NCBI GenBank assembly: GCA_015231595.1
Contig: JADGBH010000001.1
Span: 78,900-142,899 of the forward strand
Source: Desulfobacterales bacterium
GTDB taxonomy: Bacteria > Desulfobacterota > Desulfobacteria > Desulfobacterales > JADGBH01
Length of the DNA: 64,000 bases
Direction: 5' to 3'
Both the position numbers and the translations under genes were made by a program. Under the pieces are notes generated by a model, which was not told where the DNA came from, did no database searches, and was given only the letters and a program-made list of their open reading frames with translations. The first letter of the stretch is position 1; each line of letters opens with the position of its first letter. Below are positions 44,927 through 55,832 of the stretch, piece by piece.

Positions 44927-47437
44927 ATGAATAAAAAAATTTTCATCAGTAACTTTATAATTCTTATTCTTATGTTCATTTCATTTAACTACTCTGGCGT
45001 TATGGCTCAAAGCCTAACATCTCAGATCTCAAATGAAAAAAAAATACAATTTGAAATTGAGGATTCTGATAAAGACAAAAAAGACTTATATGAAAACATA
45101 CAAGAAGGATATTCTGCTAAGGATAAAGAAACATATAAAGAAAAAATAAAAGATGTAAAAATAGAAGGTAAAGCGCCTGAAAAAGAAAATTTAAGCAATG
45201 TAGAAAAAATTTTATCAGGGGAATTTCCAGAATCAATATCAAAGGAACTCACCCAATACGGTTATGACTTTTTTTCTAAAGATAAGTCCGATTTTCAAAC
45301 ATTAACATATATTCCAGTTGGAGACGACTATATAGTCGGTCCTGGAGATCAATTTGTAATATATTTATGGGGCAAAGCTGAAAAGAACTATGATGTTGAA
45401 GTAAATAGAGATGGCTCAATAATCCTTCCAAGAGTAGGTTCTATAAATGTAAATGGGTTGACTTATAAAGAACTGACTGGGATTCTTTCAAATAAACTTA
45501 GAGATTATTATCCTGACACCAAAATGAGCTTAACAATGGGGAAACTACGATCAATTCAAATATTTATAATCGGCGAAGCTAGCAAACCAGGAACTTATAC
45601 AGTAAGTTCTCTATCTACAGTTGTTTCGGCCTTATATGATGCTGGAGGAGTAAAAAAAAATGGAAGCTTAAGAAATATTCAACTAGTACGAAATGGAGCT
45701 ACAATTTCAAATATAGATTTATATAACTTTTTTATAAAAGGTATAAAAAAAAATGACATATTCTTACAATCGGGTGATACAATTTTTATACCTCTTATAG
45801 GGTCTGTTGTAGGGATATCTGGAAATGTAAAACGACCAGCAATATATGAAGTAAAAAAAGATGAAAAACTTGATGATATAATTAAAATATCAGGAGGAAT
45901 ACTGCCTACAGGTTATGCTCAAAGCATAGCTGTTGAAAGAATTAAAGATAATAAAAGAAGGGTTGTGCGGACTTTTAATGTTGACCCTTTTGAAACCAAG
46001 CTCTACAGTCTTAATACGCCCCTTGAAGATTTTGATTTAATTAAAATTTATCCGATTTCAGGGATAATTAGAAGCGTAGTATATCTTCAAGGCCATGTAA
46101 AGTATCCTATGGAATATGAATATAGACCAGGTATGAAGATTTCAGACATTATTTCTTCATTTGATTCATTGCTTCCTAACCCGCACCTTAATAGAGCAGA
46201 CATACTCCGCAAGGTACCGCCAACTATGCATGAAGAAATTATAGAATTCAATCTGGGCGCCCTTCTCTCTGGTGATCAAACTCAAAATTTAGCACTAAAA
46301 GAACTCGATACTGTAACAGTTTACAGTTTAGAAGATAAAGAAGAAGTGCCGATAGTTACAATTAATGGTTCTGTTCGTGAGCCAGGTACTTACAAACTTT
46401 ACAAAAATATGCAGATAAGTGACTTAATATTTCAAGCTGGAGGACTTTTAAAAATGGCGTATCTTCAGCATGGAAGATTAACAAGAATGGTATTTGAAAA
46501 TAATGCCGCAAAAACTGAAGAATTAACTTTTTCAACCCAAAATGCCATAGAAAATATCCCTTCAGATAATCTTCAACTTAAACCAAATGACGTTGTAGTT
46601 ATTCCTGAAATACCTCGCTATCGACAAATTTTAACTCAAAAAATTGAACTTGTGGGAGAATTTATGTTCCCAGGAACATATACATTTTCTGAAGGAGAAA
46701 AACTTGATTCTGTCATTAAACGGGCAGGAGGATTAACCAAATTCGCATTTACAAAGGGAGCCTCATTTGAAAGGGAATCTGTAAAAAAAATGCAGCAATA
46801 CAGATTAGCTGTATATGCAAGCAAACTTGAGGAAGAAATATATACCTTAAACGCCCAAGCTTCCGCCGGTTCAGCTGAACAAGAAGATATCGCTCTTTTA
46901 AAAAGCTCCCTTGAAGCAAAAAAGAAACTTCTTGATAAAATGAAGACAGCCCAACCAACAGGAAGAATGGTCATTCAACTTGAAGATATTATAGAAAAAC
47001 CTTCTTCTTCCTATAATTTCGTATTAGAGCCTGGTGACAAACTTGAAATTTCCCAAGCACCGAGCTTTGTTACAATTATAGGAGAAGTTTATAATCCTTC
47101 TTCACTATTTGCCGAAGAGCTAAAAAGTGTAGGATATTATTTGAATAATGTTGGTGGTGTTACAGAAGATGCCGATAAAGGACAAGTATATTTAGTAAAA
47201 GCTAATGGAACAGTTAGCAGCAAACAGCAAGACAGTTTCTGGGGTCTTTTTAGATGGGATCCAATAAAACAGAAAAAAACATTCGGAGGCTTTACCTCCC
47301 TGCTTGTCGAACCAGGAGATACTATAATAGTTCCCAAAAAGATGGAAACTTACCAAGGTATGAAGATTGCTAAAGATACTTCCCAAATTCTCTATCAATT
47401 AGCAATAACAACTAAGGTAATAAGTTCAGCACTATAA
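44927..47437 (+). CDS. Polysaccharide export protein with a Poly_export domain and multiple SLBB domains (Wza/KpsD-like, long form)
   Basis: Signal peptide. Poly_export motif YIVGPGDQFVIYLWGK..VNRDGSIILPRVGSINVNGLTYKEL. Several repeats of (I/V)xV.G.V..PG.Y (SLBB). Confidence 0.85.
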   Translation: MNKKIFISNFIILILMFISFNYSGVMAQSLTSQISNEKKIQFEIEDSDKDKKDLYENIQEGYSAKDKETYKEKIKDVKIEGKAPEKENLSNVEKILSGEFPESISKELTQYGYDFFSKDKSDFQTLTYIPVGDDYIVGPGDQFVIYLWGKAEKNYDVEVNRDGSIILPRVGSINVNGLTYKELTGILSNKLRDYYPDTKMSLTMGKLRSIQIFIIGEASKPGTYTVSSLSTVVSALYDAGGVKKNGSLRNIQLVRNGATISNIDLYNFFIKGIKKNDIFLQSGDTIFIPLIGSVVGISGNVKRPAIYEVKKDEKLDDIIKISGGILPTGYAQSIAVERIKDNKRRVVRTFNVDPFETKLYSLNTPLEDFDLIKIYPISGIIRSVVYLQGHVKYPMEYEYRPGMKISDIISSFDSLLPNPHLNRADILRKVPPTMHEEIIEFNLGALLSGDQTQNLALKELDTVTVYSLEDKEEVPIVTINGSVREPGTYKLYKNMQISDLIFQAGGLLKMAYLQHGRLTRMVFENNAAKTEELTFSTQNAIENIPSDNLQLKPNDVVVIPEIPRYRQILTQKIELVGEFMFPGTYTFSEGEKLDSVIKRAGGLTKFAFTKGASFERESVKKMQQYRLAVYASKLEEEIYTLNAQASAGSAEQEDIALLKSSLEAKKKLLDKMKTAQPTGRMVIQLEDIIEKPSSSYNFVLEPGDKLEISQAPSFVTIIGEVYNPSSLFAEELKSVGYYLNNVGGVTEDADKGQVYLVKANGTVSSKQQDSFWGLFRWDPIKQKKTFGGFTSLLVEPGDTIIVPKKMETYQGMKIAKDTSQILYQLAITTKVISSAL

Positions 47438-47475
47438 ATATTATATTCTTGTAAATAAGCAATGATTTTCAACGG

Positions 47476-47493
47476 GGCGGCCAGCTGGTCGCC
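47476..47493. repeat. G+C-rich REP-like hairpin GGCGGCC-AGCT-GGTCGCC between convergent genes
   Basis: Read directly (one G-T mismatch). Same family and orientation as 28049-28066. Confidence 0.65.
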
Positions 47494-47545
47494 TCTATAA
47501 AAAAATTAGGATATTATTATCTTATTATATTATTTCCTTAATAAT

Positions 47546-48604
<1,059 letters not shown>

Positions 48605-48620
48605 TCATCTTTATAATTAA

Positions 48621-49004
48621 TTATTTTTTCTTCCACCTATCAATCTTTTCAAAAGCTAGCGCTGCACTTTTAAGAAGAGATGCTAAATCTACCGGTTTTT
48701 TAAAATAATCATCAAAACCAGCTTCACGGCAATCGGCAAGCTCAAAAAGAGAAGCATATCCTGTAACAGCATAAATTAATGCAACAGGATTATCTTTCCT
48801 TGCAATTCGGCACAATTCAATGCCATCCATGCCAGGAAGATTTAAATCTAAAAACATAAGAGGAAATTTTTCATTTTTCATTATATCTAAAGCTTCTTCA
48901 GCACTTTCAGCTAATGCAACAGAATATCCATTAGTGATAAAAGCTTTTTTCAGCATCTCCCGTATACTTTCTTCATCATCTACAAATAAAACTCTTTTTT
49001 CCAT
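48621..49004 (-). CDS. cheY: CheY-like single-domain response regulator
   Basis: 127 aa with LFVDDEE, FLDLNLPGMDG and YFKKP. Confidence 0.85.
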   Translation of the reverse strand: MEKRVLFVDDEESIREMLKKAFITNGYSVALAESAEEALDIMKNEKFPLMFLDLNLPGMDGIELCRIARKDNPVALIYAVTGYASLFELADCREAGFDDYFKKPVDLASLLKSAALAFEKIDRWKKK

Positions 49005-49018
49005 AAAAAATTCCTTAA

Positions 49019-51187
49019 TTACTTAGTTGCGACTTCAAATAAACCAGCTATATCAAGTATAAGACTTACCTTGCCATCGCCTAAAATAGCCCCCCCAGCA
49101 AGTCCTTTTACGTTTTTAAAGCATTCCCCAAGACTTTTTATTACAATTTCTTCTTTGCAGATAAGTTCATCTACTAAAACCGCTTTTTGATCTTTATTGT
49201 GTTCCACTGTTACAACTATCCCTTCCCATGGATTTTTAGCATCAGTATCAATGCCGAATAATTTATCAAGGCGTATAAGGGGAAGCAGACCACCTCTTAT
49301 CATAACCATTTCACCTTTATTTTCGATACTGTAACAATCATCTTCTTTTGGTTTAACTGATTCAATTGTAGCCATTGTCGGAATAATATATTTTTCGTTT
49401 CCAACTCTAACAACCATACCGTCAATAACAGCAAGTGTTAATGGAAAACTAATTGTAAATACAGTTCCTTTACCTTCATGGGAAGCAATTTCAATATTTC
49501 CTCTAAGTTTTTCAATGGCTCTTTTAACCACATCCATTCCAACGCCCCTTCCTGATATATCAGTTATTTTTTCAGCAGTTGAAAACCCTGGATGAAAAAT
49601 AAGGTTATATATTTCCGATTCAGACAAATTAGCGTCTTTTTTTATTAAATTAAGATTTAACGCCTTTTCAACTATACGATTTTTATTAATGCCTCTTCCA
49701 TCGTCTTTTATGTCTATGATAAACTTGCCACCTTTATGATAGGCACATAGTTGAATAGTTCCATTTAAGTCTTTTGAAACTTTTTTTCTTTCAGACGGAG
49801 GTTCAATTCCATGGTCAATTGAATTGCGAATCATATGAACCAAAGGCTCATATAATTCATCTACAACATTTCTATCAATTTCTGTTTCCTCTCCAAACAT
49901 TTCAAGATTAACGTCTTTGCCTGAATTTTTGGAAAGGTCTCTTACCAATCTCACCATTTTTTGAAAAGTATTTTTTATTGGTATCATTCTAAGGGTCATG
50001 GATAGTCTCTGTAAAACAGATACTATTCTACCAAGCTCATTCATATTTTGGTTAAGTTTTTGATCATTAATTTTTTGTGCCAGAACATTTTGTTTCACCA
50101 TAGATTGAGTTATAACAAGTTCTCCTGTTAGATCTACTAAGTTATCCAATTTATTTATATCAACTTTAACTTGAAGTTCGGCAATTTTGCCGGATTTTTT
50201 TTGTTCAGAAACAGCATTAAAAATGGCTGTTGGCTCAATTAAATCTTCATCTATAAGTATTTGACCTATTTTTTTATGGGGATCTCTTTTTTGAAGATTA
50301 AGTCCTTTTTCAAGACTTTTTTCCGATATATAACCCTTTTCAAGAAGAATTTCACCTATAAGACGTCCTCCCCTTGTAAAAGGAACTTTTTTTAAATTTT
50401 CAATTTTTAATAAAAGCGGCTCAACATCAATGTTTCCTTCAAGAATTTGAAGGCTTTTTTCAAGGCTATCGTCAATGTTTCGGATAATTGTTTTTATCAT
50501 GTCTGCTGATTCAAGAACAATATCAGTCACATCTAAATTTAGTTCAATTTCTTCCTTTCTTACGCTATCAAGTATATTTTCCGTACTGTGGGCAAGTTTA
50601 TGAATTTTATTAAAATTTAAAAAACCTGAAACCCCCTTAATTGTATGAAATGATCTGAAAATAGAATTTATTACGTCTTTATCATAAGTATTTTTTTCAA
50701 GACCTATAAGGCTAACTTCTATGTGTTCGAAATGTTCCCCTGCTTCTAAAATAAAATCTTGTATTATTTGGATATCTTCTTCCGTATAAACTTTAGTTTT
50801 AGCCAACTCTTGTTCCTGTTTCTTTAATTCATTCTCTGCGTTTTGATTCAGCGAAGGCTTTTCTTCTTTAATTCCAAAACGGTTGAAAAAATTTTCAATA
50901 TCAATGGAATATTCCTGCCCATTGTCTATATGCCTCCATATATCTTGAAGAATGGTTACGCCTTCTTCTAAAAGAGCGTAATCACTTACTTCATTCATAA
51001 TTAATTTTTGAGTATATTGAGCAAGACCATCAATAACTTTTAAAAATAAAGCATTATTAAAATCCTTTGCACTTTTTGAAAGTTCTGAAAAAAAATTAAG
51101 CAGCCTTCCAAGGGACGGAATATCATCTTTTTCAAGAGTAACTAATGTTAATGCTATGCTTTCGATTATTTTATTAATATCGTTCAT
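49019..51187 (-). CDS. cheA: Chemotaxis histidine kinase CheA with an N-terminal extension and an MshEN/T2SSE_N-like insert in place of P2
   Basis: Hpt FRSFHTIKGVSGF (His at about residue 181), a dimerisation region, HATPase (HMIRNSIDHGIE, DDGRGI, GRGVGMDVV) and a CheW-like P5 domain. Residues about 272-330 read RGGRLIGEILLEKGYISEKSLEKGLNLQKRDPHKKIGQILIDEDLIEPTAIFNAVSEQ. Confidence 0.9.
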   Translation of the reverse strand: MNDINKIIESIALTLVTLEKDDIPSLGRLLNFFSELSKSAKDFNNALFLKVIDGLAQYTQKLIMNEVSDYALLEEGVTILQDIWRHIDNGQEYSIDIENFFNRFGIKEEKPSLNQNAENELKKQEQELAKTKVYTEEDIQIIQDFILEAGEHFEHIEVSLIGLEKNTYDKDVINSIFRSFHTIKGVSGFLNFNKIHKLAHSTENILDSVRKEEIELNLDVTDIVLESADMIKTIIRNIDDSLEKSLQILEGNIDVEPLLLKIENLKKVPFTRGGRLIGEILLEKGYISEKSLEKGLNLQKRDPHKKIGQILIDEDLIEPTAIFNAVSEQKKSGKIAELQVKVDINKLDNLVDLTGELVITQSMVKQNVLAQKINDQKLNQNMNELGRIVSVLQRLSMTLRMIPIKNTFQKMVRLVRDLSKNSGKDVNLEMFGEETEIDRNVVDELYEPLVHMIRNSIDHGIEPPSERKKVSKDLNGTIQLCAYHKGGKFIIDIKDDGRGINKNRIVEKALNLNLIKKDANLSESEIYNLIFHPGFSTAEKITDISGRGVGMDVVKRAIEKLRGNIEIASHEGKGTVFTISFPLTLAVIDGMVVRVGNEKYIIPTMATIESVKPKEDDCYSIENKGEMVMIRGGLLPLIRLDKLFGIDTDAKNPWEGIVVTVEHNKDQKAVLVDELICKEEIVIKSLGECFKNVKGLAGGAILGDGKVSLILDIAGLFEVATK

Positions 51188-51210
51188 ATTTGATTATTTC
51201 CTTATTATGT

Positions 51211-52053
51211 TCAGCTCAAAGATTTAAAATATACCGCTGGTTTAATATATTTATATTTATGATTAAGACCCATAAGACTTTCCGAATGACCTACAAAAAG
51301 GAAACCATTATCATTAAGACAATTATAAAACTTATTAACAAGTCTTTCTTGAATTTCTTTATCAAAATATATCATCACATTTCTACAAAAAATAAAATTA
51401 AATTTCTCATTAAAAGGAAACGTATCCATTAAGTTAAAACGCCTAAAAGAAATATTCTGTTTTAAATTTTCTTTAACTCTAAAACAACCATCCCATTGTC
51501 CCTGTCCTTTTTGAAAATATTTTCTTAAAATATTAGACGGAATTTTAGCAATTTGCGATGTTCCATAAATACCGTCCATAGCTTTTTGTAAAACCTTTGT
51601 TGAAATATCAGTTGCTAAAACCTTTGTATTTAATGGAAGAACATTTTCAGAGTATTCATTAAGAGATATAGCTATAGAATAAGCTTCTTCTCCACTTGAA
51701 CACCCAGCACTCCAAACTTTAATTAATTGATTTCTATTTTTAGCAATAATAGATGGAAGGGCTTCTTTTATAAGAAAATCAAAATGCTTTTCTTCTCTAA
51801 AAAAACTTGTAAGATTTGTTGATATAGCATTGATAAACTCAACAATTTCTTTTCCGCTGGAATCATTTATTAGGTAACTGTAATAATCTTTAAAATTTTT
51901 TAATGAAAGTTCCCTCAAACGTTTTCCAAGCCTTGCTTTAATAAGCTCTTTTTTTCCTGAACTTATGGATATTCCACATTTGTCATAGATAAAAGAGCTG
52001 AAACAGCTAAAATCATTATCTGAAAGATCAAAACTACACATAGATTCTATCAT
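51211..52053 (-). CDS. cheR: Chemotaxis protein methyltransferase
   Basis: CheR N-terminal helical domain plus the SAM-binding VWSAGCSSGEEAYS and IFCRNVMIYF. Confidence 0.92.
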   Translation of the reverse strand: MIESMCSFDLSDNDFSCFSSFIYDKCGISISSGKKELIKARLGKRLRELSLKNFKDYYSYLINDSSGKEIVEFINAISTNLTSFFREEKHFDFLIKEALPSIIAKNRNQLIKVWSAGCSSGEEAYSIAISLNEYSENVLPLNTKVLATDISTKVLQKAMDGIYGTSQIAKIPSNILRKYFQKGQGQWDGCFRVKENLKQNISFRRFNLMDTFPFNEKFNFIFCRNVMIYFDKEIQERLVNKFYNCLNDNGFLFVGHSESLMGLNHKYKYIKPAVYFKSLS

Positions 52054-52562
52054 CGCTTTTGATTATAGGGGAACCAGTCTAATTGCCTAAGCTTTTCTAC
52101 CTTCGCTACAGCAACTTCATTTGTAGCTGTATTGAAAACAACCTTCCTGCCTCTTTCTCCTCCAACATCTTCAGAAACAATATGAATTCTTTTCTTACTT
52201 AGTATTTTTCTTGCTATAGTTATATTGTCTAATCCTATGTTATTTTTACAAATTAAAGGATTATGGGCGCCTCCAAAAAGTTGAACTTCCAGATCTTGAA
52301 TTTTTGAGCCTGAATCAACCATAAAGTTTATAAGAGCTAAAACAGCTACATTCCCATATCTGGCAGTAGCTTTATCTTTATCCAAAATATATGGAAATAA
52401 AAAATGATTCATACCTCCAGTCCTTCTTTTCTTATCATACATGCAAATAGAAACACATGAACCTAACACCGTTGAAATTAAAGTAGGCTCAGAAGGAATA
52501 TAAATACATCCTGGATGAAGAAAATAACTATTTTTTACAAGATCTTGATTTTCATCATTCAC
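52050..52562 (-). CDS. cheD: Chemoreceptor glutamine deamidase
   Basis: CheD motifs LGSCVSICMYD, GGMNHFLFP and GGERGRKV. Confidence 0.9.
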   Translation of the reverse strand: MNDENQDLVKNSYFLHPGCIYIPSEPTLISTVLGSCVSICMYDKKRRTGGMNHFLFPYILDKDKATARYGNVAVLALINFMVDSGSKIQDLEVQLFGGAHNPLICKNNIGLDNITIARKILSKKRIHIVSEDVGGERGRKVVFNTATNEVAVAKVEKLRQLDWFPYNQKR

Positions 52563-52674
52563 AGTAATTCTCCTAAATAAAGGAATATATTTTTTAATAG
52601 TTTTTTTTAGCTCAGAAAGATATAATACTTCTACTTAAATTTTAAATTATTTAACCTTTAATTTTATAGAACTC

Positions 52675-55116
52675 ATGGAAAAAGAACAATACTTAATAGA
52701 AATTGCCCCTGATGCTCCAATTTTTGGAACGTTTACTTATATTGTCCCAGACAACCTTATACCTCAAATACTTCCAGGAAAAAGGGTTCTTATACCTTTT
52801 AATAAGCGTCGAATTACAGGATACATATTAGGATGTGCTCAACCCCAAGAAAAATATGAATTAAAACAAATCCTTGATATTCTTGATGACACTCCTATAT
52901 TTCCAGAAGATATGATACCATTCTTTAAATGGATTGCTGATTATTACATTTATCCCCTTGGGGAAGTAATAAATTCAGCCATGCCAAAAGGATTAAATTA
53001 CTATGAATCAAAAGAAATAGTTTTAACTGAAGATGGAAAAACAGCTACCAACAACACGCTATTAACTCCTTTAGAAAAAACCATTATAGAAAATTTATAT
53101 AAAAAGTCTTTTACTATAAAAGAGCTTTCTAAAAAAATCAATTACGATATTCCTTTGTTTATAATAAACTCCCTTAAAAAAAGAAACATTATTTCCATTG
53201 AAAGCACCCTAAGAGGCGGAAAAACTAAAATCAAATTAGAAAAATATTTAGTGTATAAAGAAACAAATTATCAATCTAATTCCTCTTCCCCGAAAAAACA
53301 AAAAATTTTTGAATATATAAAAGAAAAAGAACAAGTATCTTTAAAAAAAATAAATAAGTCCTTTAAAAATTCTTCAAAGATTATTCAAAACCTTATTGAT
53401 GAAGGATTAATATCCTCAGTTCAACAAAAAATATACAGAGACCCATTTGGATACGACATTGAGCCTGAAATAAAACCAAAAATGACTAAAGACCAAGAAT
53501 CTGTAGTTAATACTGTAATTAATTCATTAGACAATGGTTTTACAACTTTTCTTCTTGCTGGCGTTACTGGAAGCGGCAAAACAGAAGTATATATGAGGAT
53601 AGCTGAAGAAGTAATAAAAAAAGGTAAATTCGTAATAGTCCTTGTTCCTGAAATCGCTTTAATTTCTCAAATTGAAAGAAGGTTTAGATCTCGTTTTGGA
53701 GAATGCATAGCTATTTTACACAGCAATCTTTCTCCCGGCGAAAAATTAGATCAGTGGCTACGCATATTAGAAAAAGAAGTTAAAATAGCTATTGGTCCAA
53801 GATCAGCAATTTTTGCCCCATTTGATGATATTGGGCTTATTATAGTTGATGAAGAACATGATGCTTCATACAAGCAGGAAACATCTTTTCTATATAACGC
53901 AAAAGACGCGGCTATAGTCAGAGCTAAACTCAAGAATTGTCCTATATTGCTTGGATCAGCAACACCATCACTCCAATCCTACTATCATACAAAATCAAAA
54001 AAATTTTTCGAGCTAAATCTTGAAAAAAGAATTAATGAACAACCTCTTCCTGAAGTAGAAATAATTGATTTACGGCAATTCAAAGAATTAAAGGGCATGA
54101 GTAGACATATTACTGAACCGTTAATTAATGAAATGAAAACAACCCTTGAGCGTGGAGAGCAAGTACTTCTTTTTTTAAACAGAAGGGGTTTTGCAAACTT
54201 TCCGATATGTGGTGATTGTGAAGCTCCAGTAAAATGTAAACACTGCGATATTACCCTTACTTTGCATCAGTCTATCAATGCTTTAAAATGTCATTTTTGT
54301 GGATATACGAAATATGCCTTTTCAAAATGCGATATTTGCGGTTCTTCAAAAATAAGACTTTTAGGCTTAGGCACTGAAAAAATTGAAGCCGCCGTAAAAA
54401 TCCTTTTTCCAAGAGCAAGAATAGCAAGGATGGACAGGGATACTACAGCAAAAAAAGGCAGTCTCATAAAAATACTAAAAGACCTTAAAGATAGAAATAT
54501 TGATATACTAATAGGAACTCAAATGGTTGTAAAAGGCCACGACTTTCCGTATATCACCCTTGTGGGGATAATATGCGCTGATCTTTCATTAAACTTTCCT
54601 GATTTTAGGGCTTGCGAACAGACATTCCAACTTTTAGCTCAAGCCGCAGGAAGAGCTGGCAGAGGAAATCTTCCAGGCAAAGTAATTTTGCAAACGTATA
54701 ATCCTGAACATTTTTCCATAATATCGGCAAAATCTCAAGATTTCCAAGCTTTTTACAATGAAGAAATAAAATTCAGAAATATGCTGTTATATCCTCCATT
54801 TTCAAGGCTATCTCAAATTAAAATTTCAGGAATGGACAAAGAAAAGACAGCCGATTTTGTTAAACAAACAGGAGATATTTTGCAGCAAACTCGTTCCAAT
54901 GAAAAATATTTTAAGGAAGATATAGAAATATTAGGGCCAATTGAATCTCCGATTTCCAAAATAGCTAAGCATTATAGATGGCATATTCTTCTTAAAGGAA
55001 AAACCCCCTTTGCTATTCAAAAATTTTTATTATCCGTAATGGCTAAAAATAAAAAACTATTTAATGATAAAAGCTCAAAATTAATTATTGATATCGACCC
55101 ATTTTATATGATGTAA
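52675..55116 (+). CDS. priA: Primosomal replication-restart helicase PriA
   Basis: Walker A GVTGSGKTEV, DEEHD, and a Cys-rich zinc insertion (CGDCEAPVKCKHCD..CHFCGY..CDICGS). Confidence 0.95.
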   Translation: MEKEQYLIEIAPDAPIFGTFTYIVPDNLIPQILPGKRVLIPFNKRRITGYILGCAQPQEKYELKQILDILDDTPIFPEDMIPFFKWIADYYIYPLGEVINSAMPKGLNYYESKEIVLTEDGKTATNNTLLTPLEKTIIENLYKKSFTIKELSKKINYDIPLFIINSLKKRNIISIESTLRGGKTKIKLEKYLVYKETNYQSNSSSPKKQKIFEYIKEKEQVSLKKINKSFKNSSKIIQNLIDEGLISSVQQKIYRDPFGYDIEPEIKPKMTKDQESVVNTVINSLDNGFTTFLLAGVTGSGKTEVYMRIAEEVIKKGKFVIVLVPEIALISQIERRFRSRFGECIAILHSNLSPGEKLDQWLRILEKEVKIAIGPRSAIFAPFDDIGLIIVDEEHDASYKQETSFLYNAKDAAIVRAKLKNCPILLGSATPSLQSYYHTKSKKFFELNLEKRINEQPLPEVEIIDLRQFKELKGMSRHITEPLINEMKTTLERGEQVLLFLNRRGFANFPICGDCEAPVKCKHCDITLTLHQSINALKCHFCGYTKYAFSKCDICGSSKIRLLGLGTEKIEAAVKILFPRARIARMDRDTTAKKGSLIKILKDLKDRNIDILIGTQMVVKGHDFPYITLVGIICADLSLNFPDFRACEQTFQLLAQAAGRAGRGNLPGKVILQTYNPEHFSIISAKSQDFQAFYNEEIKFRNMLLYPPFSRLSQIKISGMDKEKTADFVKQTGDILQQTRSNEKYFKEDIEILGPIESPISKIAKHYRWHILLKGKTPFAIQKFLLSVMAKNKKLFNDKSSKLIIDIDPFYMM

Positions 55117-55187
55117 CAGACTTATTGATAGATATATTGATAGATATATTAATAAGCCTATCCTAGGTGGCCAATGCTAAAGATGTT

Positions 55188-55832
55188 TTACTTAATAACA
55201 ACGGACATTGGTCTGCCAAGCAAAAAATCCAATTTATCTGCCCATTTTTCTAATCTCAAAGAAATTACTTCCCTCAAGTTTTTATCATAATTAATCATGT
55301 CATTGATTTCTGAATTGAGTTCTATTGTAAATTCATTTTTAAAAAATTGCTTATTATTACGGCCGGCTTTAAAAAATTCGTTTAGTTTTTCATAGGAGCA
55401 TTTATTTTGATGGTCATTGACTAATTCCCAAATGTCTTTCATGGGTTTTAAGACATCTTTTCTTTCAAGCCTATCTTTTGAGTATATTTTTTCTATTTCA
55501 AGTGTATCCCAGCATTTTAAGGCTTTACATTCTATAGGCCGAATATTATAAATTGAACACCCTATTTTTTCATTATAAAAAATACAGGTAGAACTATTTT
55601 TTTCAGACTTAATTTTAATTAAGTCTGAAAGAGCTGTTGTTATAATACCTTTTACATTTTCAAAAACTGGCTCGCCTTTTCTGATTGTATAAATGTATTT
55701 CAGCAAAAGCTTACCCTGTTCTAAAAGGTATTTATCTTCTTTATGCAGAGATGGGCCGCCTTTTTTACAGCATATGCCACATCGTCTGCATTCATTTATT
55801 TCACAATTATCTGTATTGTCTTCTAATTTCAA
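55188..55832 (-). CDS. YkgJ-family (UPF0153) cysteine-cluster protein
   Basis: N-terminal CRRCGICCKKGGP motif and later Cys residues (C..C..C). It overlaps the upstream acyl-CoA ligase gene by 26 nt. Confidence 0.7.
   Translation of the reverse strand: MKLEDNTDNCEINECRRCGICCKKGGPSLHKEDKYLLEQGKLLLKYIYTIRKGEPVFENVKGIITTALSDLIKIKSEKNSSTCIFYNEKIGCSIYNIRPIECKALKCWDTLEIEKIYSKDRLERKDVLKPMKDIWELVNDHQNKCSYEKLNEFFKAGRNNKQFFKNEFTIELNSEINDMINYDKNLREVISLRLEKWADKLDFLLGRPMSVVIK

Noticed and set aside
49019-52562. Treating the che cluster as incomplete or degraded because it has no cheW or MCP gene
   Set aside because: All five genes look intact, and CheA has its own CheW-like P5 domain. Receptors and CheW are often encoded elsewhere, so absence from the window is not evidence of decay.
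55124-55150. Tandem direct repeat ATTGATAGATAT x2.3 between the convergent priA and ykgJ genes
   Set aside because: It is real in the sequence but very short, AT-rich and located in a 3'-3' spacer. Slippage is the most likely cause and I can argue no function.
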